In this document: in pieces, positions 23,698 to 32,000 of the stretch
Position numbering within the stretch: position 1 is the stretch's first letter
Layout: every line of letters begins with the position of its first letter
Assembly (NCBI RefSeq): GCF_018398935.1
Contig: NZ_CP074694.1
Coordinates: 5,820,001-5,852,000, forward strand
Direction: 5' to 3'
Length of the DNA stretch: 32,000 nucleotides
DNA from: Telmatocola sphagniphila
GTDB lineage: Bacteria; Planctomycetota; Planctomycetia; Gemmatales; Gemmataceae
Notes under the pieces: model-generated
Told to the model about the DNA's origin: nothing
The model's input: the letters and a program-made list of their open reading frames with translations, nothing else
Databases searched by the model: none
Translations under genes and position numbers: made by a program

Positions 23698-25068
23698 ATG
23701 ACGCGTTCGAATCTGGCTTGGCTGATTTGCGTTCCTCTCCTGGTGCTTTCGGGCCTGGCCATTTCTTATAGTGCTCCGCCCAGAACCAAGGATTATGAGC
23801 TTGTCCGCACCTTTGTGGACGTGCTTGCGCGGGTCGATCAAAATTACGTCCGCAAACTCGACGATGCCGCCAAGCAGAAACTCGTCGAAGATATGATCAA
23901 CGGCGGCCTGGAAAAACTCGACCGCTACTCGACCTATTTCGGGGCCGATGAACTGGCTCAATTCAATCACACGACCGAAGGCAATTTCGTCGGCATCGGT
24001 ATCACGATGGGATACGAACCGAACTCCGGCCGGCTGATGGTGCAGAGCCCGATCTTCGGTACCCCAGCCTACGATGCGGGTGTTCTGCCGGGTGATCTAC
24101 TCCTGAAGATTGAAGACACTTCTACAGAGAAGATGAACTTTCAGGAGGCCGCCAAGCTGATTCAGGGCGAGGCCGGCACCAAGGTGCGCATTACGATCCT
24201 TCACGAAGGGGCCAAGGCTCCTCAGGAATTGACTATTCCGAGAGCACGAATCGATGTTCCCAGCGTCACAGGCTTTCAACGCAAAAAAGAAAATCCCGGA
24301 GAATGGGAATGGTTTGCCGATCCCGCGCAGAAAATTGCTTACATCCATATCAGCGGCTTTAATGAAACCACTACGGACGAATTGAAGAAGGCCGTGGAGA
24401 AAGTTCAGGCCGAGCAAGCGCGGGCGCTGATTCTGGATTTGCGCGACAATCCTGGTGGCCTTCTCCGCTGCGCGGTGGAAGTGAGCGATATGTTCTTGAT
24501 GAGTGGCAAAATCGTTTCCACAAAGGATCGGAACGGCAATGGGCCGACGTATGAAGCTAAGGCTAGCGGCACGCTGTTCGAACCGGCCGAGAGCCATCCC
24601 CTCGTCATTTTGCAGAGTAACTTCAGCGCCAGTGCTTCTGAAATTGTCGCGGCCGCACTTCAGGATAACGGCCGGGCGATCATCGTCGGCGAACGTAGCT
24701 ATGGCAAGGGCAGTGTTCAAAAGCTGATCGACCTCGGCACGGCCCCGGCCACGGCTCTGAAGCTGACGGTCGAAAGCTACTGGCGGCCTAGCGGAAAGAA
24801 TATTCACCGCGACCAGAACATGAAAGATACCGATGAATGGGGTGTGAAACCAAATCCGGGATTCGAAGTCGAACTGAAAGACACCGACCGGCTAGCCGCA
24901 ATCCGGCTGCGTCGGCAGCGCGAAGCGGTGGGTGCCAAAATGCCGGCGGAGAATGAAAAATCCCTCGAAGATAAGGTTCTCAACAAAGCGCTCGAGCATC
25001 TGAAGAAAACGCTAACGGGAATGAAACCCGTACCGTTTCAGGATGTGAACCCGGGCATCAAGCTCTAA
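23698..25068 (+). CDS. S41 family C-terminal processing peptidase with PDZ domain
   Basis: 456 aa with GGAG 6 nt upstream. There is an N-terminal anchor/signal and a PDZ block (GIGITMGYE...GTPAYDAGVLPGDLLLKIED). The catalytic blocks are LDLRDNPGG and SASASEIVAAALQDNGRAIIVGERSYGKGSVQ. Confidence 0.9.
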   Translation: MTRSNLAWLICVPLLVLSGLAISYSAPPRTKDYELVRTFVDVLARVDQNYVRKLDDAAKQKLVEDMINGGLEKLDRYSTYFGADELAQFNHTTEGNFVGIGITMGYEPNSGRLMVQSPIFGTPAYDAGVLPGDLLLKIEDTSTEKMNFQEAAKLIQGEAGTKVRITILHEGAKAPQELTIPRARIDVPSVTGFQRKKENPGEWEWFADPAQKIAYIHISGFNETTTDELKKAVEKVQAEQARALILDLRDNPGGLLRCAVEVSDMFLMSGKIVSTKDRNGNGPTYEAKASGTLFEPAESHPLVILQSNFSASASEIVAAALQDNGRAIIVGERSYGKGSVQKLIDLGTAPATALKLTVESYWRPSGKNIHRDQNMKDTDEWGVKPNPGFEVELKDTDRLAAIRLRRQREAVGAKMPAENEKSLEDKVLNKALEHLKKTLTGMKPVPFQDVNPGIKL

Positions 25069-25109
25069 ATCTCCTCCAACATTTCAGATTTCAACGGGAA
25101 AGGATTCCC

Positions 25110-26090
25110 ATGATCGTTATTACTGGGGCCGCCGGGTTTATCGGTTCAAATCTCGCCCATCGTTTGGCAGGTTCGGGGACCGAATTGCTGTTGGTAGATC
25201 ACGAACTCAATCCGGCCAAGGCCGCGAACTTCGTCGGTCTCGGTCGCTTTCAATTCCGCCGGCACGATCATTTTCTGCAAGATCTGGAAGCGGGATGTTT
25301 CAGTCCCGCAGTGATCTACCATCTGGGAGCCTGCAGCGCGACTACCGAGACCAACTGGTCCTATCTCGAACAGAATAACATCGAGTATACTCGGCGACTC
25401 TGGCTCTGGTCGGCCAAAAATCAGATTCCATTTCTCTACGCCTCCAGCGCGGCCACCTATGGCGATGGGTCGCTGGGATTCGACGATCAGATTGCGCCAG
25501 AGAAACTGCAGCCTTTGAACCTGTACGGCAAGAGCAAGAATGACTTCGATATCTGGGCCTTACAACAGGTTAACCTCGGGAAACTCGTGCCCCCGACCTG
25601 GGCGGGGCTGAAGTTTTTCAACGTCTACGGGCCTCGGGAACAGCACAAGGGCCGGATGTCGAGCGTGGTCTGGCAAACGTATCAGCAGATTCAGCTGACA
25701 GGCAGGATGAAACTTTTTCGCAGCACCGATCCCAAATATCCCGACGGAGGACAACTCCGCGATTTCGTTTTCGTCGAGGATTGTGTCGATCACCTGATCT
25801 GGCTGGCCTCACAAAAGAGTGTCGGCGGCCTATTCAATAGTGGGACCGGTCAGGCGCGCTCCTTCTACGATCTCGCCGCGGCCACGTTCCATGCCATGGG
25901 TCGGCCGACAGACATTTCCTTCATCGATATGCCTAAGGATCTGGCCCGGCAGTATCAGAATTTCACGCAGGCCGCCATGCAGAGTCTTCAGAAGACGGGC
26001 AACTCAAAATTGCCAACCTCGCTTGAGGCGGGGATCGAACACTATGTGAAATGGCTGCAACAGGCACATCCGGTGCGACAAGCGGCGTAG
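25110..26090 (+). CDS. hldD: ADP-L-glycero-D-manno-heptose 6-epimerase
   Basis: 326 aa, colinear with E. coli HldD as recalled. Matching blocks are MIVITGAAGFIGSN, IPFLYASSAATYG, LNLYGKSK, FFNVYGPRE.HKGRMSSV and YQNFTQA. Confidence 0.9.
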   Translation: MIVITGAAGFIGSNLAHRLAGSGTELLLVDHELNPAKAANFVGLGRFQFRRHDHFLQDLEAGCFSPAVIYHLGACSATTETNWSYLEQNNIEYTRRLWLWSAKNQIPFLYASSAATYGDGSLGFDDQIAPEKLQPLNLYGKSKNDFDIWALQQVNLGKLVPPTWAGLKFFNVYGPREQHKGRMSSVVWQTYQQIQLTGRMKLFRSTDPKYPDGGQLRDFVFVEDCVDHLIWLASQKSVGGLFNSGTGQARSFYDLAAATFHAMGRPTDISFIDMPKDLARQYQNFTQAAMQSLQKTGNSKLPTSLEAGIEHYVKWLQQAHPVRQAA

Positions 26091-26268
26091 CCGGTCATAT
26101 TTGATTAATATCCGAGTACTTAAGCGGCTTACTCCCGATGTGCCGCCAAGAATTCGCACAACTTCGGTTCGGGATCGACTTTCAAATCTTCATTAAGCGC
26201 TAACCGCATCTTCTCATCTCAAATCTAATTTAAATGCAATTCCTCGATCCCATTATTTGGAGACTCGC

Positions 26269-27540
26269 ATGTTCAATTCTCATCGGAGGCTATTTTTAGG
26301 AGCTTCGTTTTCCGGACTCGCTTCCTACCCCTTATTTGGTCAGGAACCTTCCCCTAAAGAGCGAAACAAAGAGGAGGAGGATGAGAAAAAAGATCCGCTT
26401 CCTGCAAAAGCGGTGAAGGAAGATGCCGGGTTTCAACCTGCGACATTATTTCTGACCTGGCACAAAGATCCGACCACCACGATGGATGTGCAGTGGGTGG
26501 GGACTCAGGGCGAAACGGCCGATATCAAAGTTTACTACACCTCCGATCCCATTCCTGTCCCCGTAAAAGGCGCTCCGAAAAATCCGAATGAAAAGAAGGT
26601 GAACTGGGTGGTCTGCAACACGATCATCAAGCCCTACCCGATGAGCGATTTCAAAGTCTTTCGAGCGGAAATAGCCGGTTTGACGCCGAATACCGATTAC
26701 TCCTTCCGCATCGGGAAGGCATCCCCGATCTATAAATTCCGAACGATGCCCGCCAAAGCGAACGATTCGATCCACTTCATCGAAGGGGGCGACTGCGGCA
26801 TCAACTCGGCAGCCATCGCCAACAATATCATGGCCGCCAAGCAAGATCCGATGTTCGCGATCATCGGCGGAGACCTGGGTTACGATAACGGCAAATCGGT
26901 CGATGTCAGTCTCTCTTTCTTGCGCAACTACAGTAAGCACATGGTGACCAAGGACGGCCGAATGATTCCAATGATCACCTGCATTGGTAACCACGAAGTG
27001 CTCGGTTCTTACGAACAGAAACGCGAAAAAGGCACTTTCTTTTATCCGTTATTCGACGGTTTATATCCCGAGACCGGCTATGCGACGCTCGAGTTCGGCG
27101 ACTATCTGAGTCTGGTGCTGCTCGATACCGGTCACACGACCCCGATCGCCGGGGAGCAAACTAAATGGCTGGAAGAGACACTGAAAGCCCGAATTGACCA
27201 TCCCAACACATTGGTGATCAATCATGTTCCGTGTTATCCTTCTTATCGGAATCCCATAGGAGTTCCGGCCAAGGACGGGAAGTCGGGCAAGCTGGGAACC
27301 GGGGAAGGTCAGCGCATTCACTGGGTTCCACTATTTGAAAAATATCGGGTGCCCCTGGTTCTCGAACATCACGATCACACTTTCAAGCGGACCAAGCCGC
27401 TTCTGAACGGCATGCCCGATTCCAATGGCGTGCTCTACCTGGGGGATGGCTCCTGGGGAAGAATTCGAAATCCTCGAACGCCCGATTGCCGCGCCCTCAC
27501 CGCTTTCGTTTGCGATTTCAATCCACAGAAATCGCTCTAG
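26269..27540 (+). CDS. Tat-exported purple-acid-phosphatase-like metallophosphoesterase
   Basis: The track start at 26257 is a TTG, and the first ATG is 26269 (MFNSHRRLFLGASFSGLASYPLFG, a twin-arginine motif). An N-terminal PAP-like beta domain precedes the phosphoesterase motifs GGDLGYDNG, GNHE and LEHHDHTF. Confidence 0.8.
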   Translation: MFNSHRRLFLGASFSGLASYPLFGQEPSPKERNKEEEDEKKDPLPAKAVKEDAGFQPATLFLTWHKDPTTTMDVQWVGTQGETADIKVYYTSDPIPVPVKGAPKNPNEKKVNWVVCNTIIKPYPMSDFKVFRAEIAGLTPNTDYSFRIGKASPIYKFRTMPAKANDSIHFIEGGDCGINSAAIANNIMAAKQDPMFAIIGGDLGYDNGKSVDVSLSFLRNYSKHMVTKDGRMIPMITCIGNHEVLGSYEQKREKGTFFYPLFDGLYPETGYATLEFGDYLSLVLLDTGHTTPIAGEQTKWLEETLKARIDHPNTLVINHVPCYPSYRNPIGVPAKDGKSGKLGTGEGQRIHWVPLFEKYRVPLVLEHHDHTFKRTKPLLNGMPDSNGVLYLGDGSWGRIRNPRTPDCRALTAFVCDFNPQKSL

Positions 27541-27620
27541 CTTTCTCAGAGCCACGTTTTGCCCAGTTACTAGGAACAAAATCGTGCTGCCTTCCTTTTA
27601 CTATCAAACGGATTGGAAAT

Positions 27621-27646
27621 AAAAAGCACAAAATTTGTGCTTTTTT
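27621..27646. terminator. A/T-flanked hairpin, putative bidirectional terminator
   Basis: In AAAAAGCAC-AAAATTT-GTGCTTTTTT, the short GC core is extended by A:U pairs and followed by a T-run. It lies 80 nt after the phosphoesterase stop. Confidence 0.55.
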
Positions 27647-27766
27647 AAGTCTCTCAAAAATAAGGAGTTACGAATAAATAAAATAATTTTCATATCAATC
27701 AGTACTGGACAAGTGCTGATTATGCGATAAATCTTTTTTAGTATCGATCCCCACTCCATTTCGGTC

Positions 27767-27788
27767 GCGAAGGTTGGCAACCTTTCGC
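27767..27788. promoter_or_regulatory. near-perfect spacerless palindrome upstream of the first DUF1559 gene (operator or 5'-UTR hairpin)
   Basis: GCGAAGGTTG-G-CAACCTTTCGC has 10-bp arms with one extra T. It lies 50 nt upstream of the ATG at 27838. Confidence 0.3.
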
Positions 27789-27837
27789 CGCTTTAGACCA
27801 CGACCTTTCAGCCAACAACTTCTTGTGGAGTTTTTAG

Positions 27838-28785
27838 ATGAGAGGTCTTCATCGTCGGGCATTCACGCTTATCGAACTGTTGGTCGTCATCGCCATTATC
27901 GCGATTCTCATCGGATTGTTGCTGCCAGCCGTTCAGAAAGTTCGCGCCTCGGCGGCACGGCTCAAGTGCGCCAATAACCTCAAGCAGATCGGCCTGGCCT
28001 GTCATAACTTTGAGGGAGTTAACGGTAAGTTCCCTTACGCGGTGATGGACTACCAACAGGGCCAAACGACCGGCAGCTACAACAGCGGGTGGGTCATTAT
28101 CCTTCCCTACCTGGAACAGGATGCGATTGCCCGCGAGTACAACATAAATTTGCCGCGGAACAGCACTGTCACGAACAACGACGGTTACTCGAATTTCGTT
28201 CTCGAACAGATGCAGATTCCGACTTATACCTGCCCGTCGATGGTCCCACCGAGCGCCACGAATGGCGGTTCGCTTGGCACGGCCCCGGAGACTCGCGGCC
28301 CTTCCAGCTATGTTTTCTCAGCCGGTACTCCGACCGGCTATCAAGCCCGATACGGAACTTTTGCCAACTTCCGTTGCGATGGAGTCATTGTTCCAATCCG
28401 TAATTCGGCCTACTCCACTTCGAATACCACGCAGCCGGACAAGGCCGGCAATGCCCCCGTGCGAGTGACCGACATTCTCGACGGCACCTCGAACACGCTG
28501 TTGGTGGGAGAAAACGATTTCATGCCGGCCGGAGTGCCTTCGACCGAGGGGCCGGTATGGGCATACGGCTACCTCTACAACTGGACTGGCACCTATTACG
28601 GAATCAATAAACGAGACGGCAGCAACGATGCCAACTTCGGCGCTTTTCGCAGCGAACACACAGGGGGCGCCAACTTCACTATGGCCGACGGATCTGTGCA
28701 ATTCATCCTCGATTCAATCGATCCTGCCACCTTTGCAGGGCTTGGAACTCGCGCCGGCGGTGAGGTAGCTTCGCTCGGTAATTGA
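27838..28785 (+). CDS. DUF1559 / H-X9-DG protein with prepilin-type N-terminal cleavage-methylation domain
   Basis: 315 aa with GGAG 8 nt upstream. The N-terminus is [53 protein letters not shown]. The C-terminus carries the H-x9-DG motif ([18 protein letters not shown]). Confidence 0.9.
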   Translation: MRGLHRRAFTLIELLVVIAIIAILIGLLLPAVQKVRASAARLKCANNLKQIGLACHNFEGVNGKFPYAVMDYQQGQTTGSYNSGWVIILPYLEQDAIAREYNINLPRNSTVTNNDGYSNFVLEQMQIPTYTCPSMVPPSATNGGSLGTAPETRGPSSYVFSAGTPTGYQARYGTFANFRCDGVIVPIRNSAYSTSNTTQPDKAGNAPVRVTDILDGTSNTLLVGENDFMPAGVPSTEGPVWAYGYLYNWTGTYYGINKRDGSNDANFGAFRSEHTGGANFTMADGSVQFILDSIDPATFAGLGTRAGGEVASLGN

Positions 28786-28821
28786 TCCTCTAAAAGCACC
28801 CAATCACAAAGGAGAATTTCT

Positions 28822-29496
28822 ATGAAGCGTATTATCTGTTCAATGCTACTGTTCGCATGTATGGCATTTGTTGCCGAGGCGCACTTCGTTTACATCGTCC
28901 CGGATAAAGACGGCACCTCAGCGCAAATTATTCTGAGCGAAACGCTGGAAGCCGACGAAGATGTCGGCATTGCCAAACTCGCCAATATGAAGCTGATTTT
29001 CATCGACGCGACTGGCAAAGAAGTTTCTTTGAAGCACGAAACCGGCAAACATGCTTTGACCGTCAAAGTGCCAAGCCGAGGAGTCATCTTCGGCAGCGTC
29101 GATTATGGAGTCATGGCCAAGGGAGAAGGAACGCCTTACCTGCTTCGTTATCATGCAAAAGCCATCTTGGTCGATGCTCAAGCCAAGATCGCCACATTGG
29201 GCGAGAAGCAGGCTTTGGAAATCTGCGTGGTGGGTGAACCGGGTAAAAATCGATTCCAGGTATTTTCTTCCGGCAAACCCGTAGCCGAAGCCGAAGTCAC
29301 CGTTCTGAAGCCGGACGGTAACAAAGAGAAGCTAAAGACGGATAAGGACGGCTACACACCGAGTTTAACGGGCTCAGGTCGATTTGGGGCTTGGACCAAG
29401 AAAGTCGAAACCCAGTCTGGTGATCTCGAAAGTAAAGCGTACAGCGAGATCAGGAACTACGCGAGCATAGTAGTCGATTTGAATCCAGCTAAGTGA
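28822..29496 (+). CDS. secreted DUF4198-like protein (periplasmic metal-binding-like, with a carboxypeptidase-regulatory-like segment)
   Basis: 224 aa with AAAGGAG 7 nt upstream. The signal peptide ends ...FVAEA|HFVYIVPD, which leaves an N-terminal His. The segment AEVTVLKPDGNKEKLKTDKDGY is typical of CarboxypepD_reg-like folds. The family call is from memory. Confidence 0.5.
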   Translation: MKRIICSMLLFACMAFVAEAHFVYIVPDKDGTSAQIILSETLEADEDVGIAKLANMKLIFIDATGKEVSLKHETGKHALTVKVPSRGVIFGSVDYGVMAKGEGTPYLLRYHAKAILVDAQAKIATLGEKQALEICVVGEPGKNRFQVFSSGKPVAEAEVTVLKPDGNKEKLKTDKDGYTPSLTGSGRFGAWTKKVETQSGDLESKAYSEIRNYASIVVDLNPAK

Positions 29497-29625
29497 GAAC
29501 GCTATTGGTTATAGATCGAATGAATTCTTGCGGGATGACTCCAACTGCTAGTCGGGTGTCATCGCGCGAAAAGAACGCGCGGTCTCGGAAAGGGGTAACG
29601 AACTAAGTCAGGGGTTAGAATCGAG

Positions 29626-29859
29626 ATGTCGAACATTCCAAAACCAGCAATCCCGCCATCCCGAGAAAAGCCCTCCAATGACTCAGCTACCCTCTATTTC
29701 GATTACAAGGATGTAGAAACGCTTTGCAAATTTATAACTGCGGACGGTAAAATATTGCCGCGCAGATTAACGGGTTTAAGCGTTGAAAATCAAAAAGCCC
29801 TGGTATTGGCGGTGAAGCGTGCCCGCTTCCTGGCGCTATTACAAAAAGTGACAAAGTGA
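29626..29859 (+). CDS. rpsR: 30S ribosomal protein bS18 (divergent, isolated copy)
   Basis: 77 aa. [49 protein letters not shown] aligns with the E. coli S18 core [48 protein letters not shown]. No rpsF, ssb or rplI is nearby. Confidence 0.85.
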   Translation: MSNIPKPAIPPSREKPSNDSATLYFDYKDVETLCKFITADGKILPRRLTGLSVENQKALVLAVKRARFLALLQKVTK

Positions 29860-29903
29860 AATCAATGGCCCGCTCGGCCTGCTCCAACTTTGAGAGAATT
29901 GAA

Positions 29904-30905
29904 ATGAAAGCGAGATATATTCGACTGTTGGCTGCTCTAGCGATTGCCTGCCTGCTTCCAGCCATTGGTGCATCCCAAGAGGCTAAATCCTACCCGCCGC
30001 TTCCAGAAGCCTTTTCGAGTTTCGGGGCCGCGGTTTGCGATGGTTATGCTTATACATACGGCGGCCACCTAGACAAAACTCATCACTATGCGACTGAAAC
30101 CACTTCCGGAAAATTACGCCGGTTATCTCTTACTGAACCTGCCAAGGGTTGGGAAGACATTAGCAGCGGCCCGAATCTTCAAGGTCTTGCTCTAGTAGCC
30201 CAGGGCGGCAAGCTCTATCGCCTGGGTGGTATGCGGCCGCGCAACATGGAAGGTGAGAAGGCCGACAATGTTTCTGTCGCTGCCTGCGCCCGCTTCGATC
30301 CCAAAACCAAAATCTGGGAGGCTTTGCCCTCATTTCCGGAACCTCGTTCTTCCTTCGATGCGGCGGTCGCCGGGAACACAATCGTCGTTGTCGGCGGTTG
30401 GAAAATGAACGGGCGCGACAGCAAATCCGATTGGTGCGAAACGGCCCTGCTTCTCGATTTGGATAAGTCACCGTTGAAGTGGGAAGCTGTAACGCAGCCT
30501 TTCAAACGACGTGCGCTAAACATCACGGCCGTCGGTTCCAAAGTTTACGTTGTCTGCGGTATGAACGAAGAGAATGAGATTGAAAAGGCAGTGGATATTT
30601 TCGAAGTGAAGTCGAGAGCGTGGAGTGAAGGCCCCCCTGTACCGGGACCTATGCTGAATGGGTTTGCTCCCGCCGTCTGTACCTGTAATAATCGCGTTTA
30701 CGTCAGCCCCGCCGATGGCAAAATCTATCGATTGACTGAAAAGCAAGACGGTTGGGAAGAAGTCGGTTCGCTCAAAGTATCTCGCTATGTGCATCGAATT
30801 GTTCCTGCCTCAGAGAACCTGCTTTTGGTGTTGGGTGGGGCATCGAAGGCCAGCAATATTGCTCTGACTGAAGTGATTGAGCCGGCTTGTTGTGCACCCA
30901 ACTAG
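29904..30905 (+). CDS. secreted Kelch-repeat beta-propeller protein
   Basis: The start is trimmed to the ATG at 29904 for the signal peptide MKARYIRLLAALAIACLLPAIGASQ. The track start at 29856 is a GTG overlapping the rpsR stop. There are six Kelch-like blades (GYAYTYGGH, GGKLYRLGG, GNTIVVVGGW, GSKVYVVCGM, NNRVYVSP, NLLLVLGG). Confidence 0.8.
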   Translation: MKARYIRLLAALAIACLLPAIGASQEAKSYPPLPEAFSSFGAAVCDGYAYTYGGHLDKTHHYATETTSGKLRRLSLTEPAKGWEDISSGPNLQGLALVAQGGKLYRLGGMRPRNMEGEKADNVSVAACARFDPKTKIWEALPSFPEPRSSFDAAVAGNTIVVVGGWKMNGRDSKSDWCETALLLDLDKSPLKWEAVTQPFKRRALNITAVGSKVYVVCGMNEENEIEKAVDIFEVKSRAWSEGPPVPGPMLNGFAPAVCTCNNRVYVSPADGKIYRLTEKQDGWEEVGSLKVSRYVHRIVPASENLLLVLGGASKASNIALTEVIEPACCAPN

Positions 30906-30952
30906 AAAATTGCTTCGTCCCGACGATTAAACTTCAATGAGAGGCATTCCGA

Positions 30953-31381
30953 ATGATCGGATCGCTGAGTCATTTGACAAATCGGTGCGAGGCAGTGCTC
31001 CTTACCGGCGGTTCTGACGGATCTCCTTTAACTCGCAAGATTAAAGGCAAAGCATTCTTTGAAAGCAAACGTGAATGCGGTGACGTGGGCACATTTCCGA
31101 AGTCGAGAGGCGATCAAATGAAGTGGCCTTCGAATGAGATCGTCGAGGACAACGGAACTCTTGAGTGGAAAACTTTTGCCGTAAATGATTGTGTCTCTGT
31201 AGGCGACCTCCAAATAGCAATCTGTTGGGATTCGAAGCAGACAAAGGGTAAAGGAAACGACCATAGCCAACCGGGAAAATCTCTCCTCAACCCGCGCTAT
31301 TACAAAACAGAAATATCTGGCCTCACGGCGACGATTACCAAAACATCTACCGCGCTCGAGCAGTTCGAGTGGGAGAAATAA
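30953..31381 (+). CDS. hypothetical small protein
   Basis: 142-aa ORF with GAGAGG 8 nt upstream of the ATG. It has no signal peptide. The C-terminal segment [20 protein letters not shown] resembles tails of small DUF1559-associated lipoproteins (recalled). An antisense ORF of similar length exists, so coding status is uncertain. Confidence 0.4.
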   Translation: MIGSLSHLTNRCEAVLLTGGSDGSPLTRKIKGKAFFESKRECGDVGTFPKSRGDQMKWPSNEIVEDNGTLEWKTFAVNDCVSVGDLQIAICWDSKQTKGKGNDHSQPGKSLLNPRYYKTEISGLTATITKTSTALEQFEWEK

Positions 31382-31430
31382 AGTCACCCGAAATTGTTAT
31401 TTTTTCTTATCTCATAGAGGAGAGATTTTG

Positions 31431-32000
31431 ATGTCTTCGATTCGGAATTCGATGCGGACTCGCCGAGCTTTCACGCTCATCGAGCTCTTGGTGGTCATCG
31501 CGATCATCGCCATCCTGATCGGTCTGTTACTGCCTGCCGTGCAGAAGGTCCGAGAGGCGGCGGCTCGTATGAGCTGTCAGAACAATCTCAAGCAATTGGG
31601 TTTGGCTTGCGTCAACTACGAAAGCGCTTACGGCAATTTGCCATGTGGCTTTCTGGGGAAAGACCAGGTCTGTGCAGCTGCCGGTACTTTAGGCGTCCAT
31701 AAAACCGCTTGGTCAGCAGCGATTCTGCCCTTCATTGAACAATCACCATTGGCCGGTATCTACAACTATAACTACGATTATGACGCCCAGCCGAACGCGA
31801 CGGCCATTTCAACTCAGTTAAAAGTGTTCAATTGCCCCTCGACACCTTCCGGGCAGCGCTGGGATACCAGTGTCAGCGATGACGCGGCATCGACCGGATG
31901 GGGAACTCAAGGTCGCGCTGCTACAGATTATTCCGGGATCAATGCAGTTAAGGCATACCTATACGCCTACTGCTATCCAAATTCGGGGGTGACGACAGCG
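31431..32000 (+). CDS. DUF1559 prepilin-type N-terminal domain protein, 5' part (runs off the right edge)
   Basis: It is not in the ORF track because it has no stop. AGAGGAGAG lies upstream of the ATG at 31431. The translation is [65 protein letters not shown]... and stays open for 190 codons to the window end. Confidence 0.9.
   Translation, partial: MSSIRNSMRTRRAFTLIELLVVIAIIAILIGLLLPAVQKVREAAARMSCQNNLKQLGLACVNYESAYGNLPCGFLGKDQVCAAAGTLGVHKTAWSAAILPFIEQSPLAGIYNYNYDYDAQPNATAISTQLKVFNCPSTPSGQRWDTSVSDDAASTGWGTQGRAATDYSGINAVKAYLYAYCYPNSGVTTA

Noticed and set aside
23524-23970. A 148-aa minus-strand ORF overlapping the S41 protease start.
   Set aside because: It is antisense to the protease's signal and N-terminal region and spans the intergenic hairpin. 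It has no motifs and no RBS.
27425-27677. Alternative-frame ORFs overlapping the 3' end of the phosphoesterase gene. I considered a frameshift that would extend its C-terminus.
   Set aside because: The alternate frames run through the terminator hairpin and the AT-rich spacer, use rare TTA/CTA codons, and show no convincing metallophosphoesterase C-terminal similarity. The annotated frame already contains all the catalytic motifs.
1-32000. A search by eye for tRNA/rRNA genes, CRISPR repeat arrays, IS elements, transposases, integrases and prophage or defence-system genes.
   Set aside because: I found no cloverleaf-like GC-rich intergenic segments, no regularly spaced direct repeats, and no transposase, integrase or nuclease-type ORFs. 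The only compositional break is the AT-rich spacer at 27.5-27.8 kb, and it has no mobility genes.

Overview
The window is a chromosomal segment of mid GC content, by eye slightly above 50%. It most likely comes from a Planctomycetota genome. That is inferred from two DUF1559/H-X9-DG prepilin-like genes, a TIGR03000-type Cys/Gly-rich protein and many secreted repeat proteins. I support about 27 CDS.

Recognisable housekeeping and metabolic genes:
- ilvC
- a MarR regulator
- an HpnC-like squalene-synthase-family gene
- fdhD
- pepF
- a KamA-type lysine 2,3-aminomutase
- an Old Yellow Enzyme
- an SDR
- a STAS/anti-sigma-kinase pair
- an S41 protease
- hldD
- a Tat-signal purple-acid-phosphatase-like enzyme

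The accessory-looking right end (27.5-32 kb) holds a DUF1559 gene, a DUF4198-like gene, an orphan bS18 gene, a Kelch gene, a small ORF and a second DUF1559 gene.

The strongest result is the minus-strand formate dehydrogenase operon (11559->6810).
- The ORF track splits its catalytic gene at an in-frame TGA. I read this as selenocysteine, because the flanking sequence is ...CNRT-U-HAPSV... and an fdhF-like SECIS hairpin follows.
- The alpha subunit is also split at the FS0/Mo-bisPGD junction. Its two halves are encoded in reversed order around a NuoE-NuoF fusion, and all junctions are translationally coupled.

Other observations:
- a tandem active/inactive trypsin-like protease
- a leaderless-type promoter/operator at marR whose 15-nt start-region motif recurs at the SDR gene
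- a 1055-aa DUF4139-like protein with a G/Q/N-rich FG-type insert
- a possible metal-starvation flavour to the bS18/DUF4198-like neighbourhood

I saw no rRNA, tRNA, CRISPR array or transposase. All homology statements come from motif recognition by eye and not from database searches.
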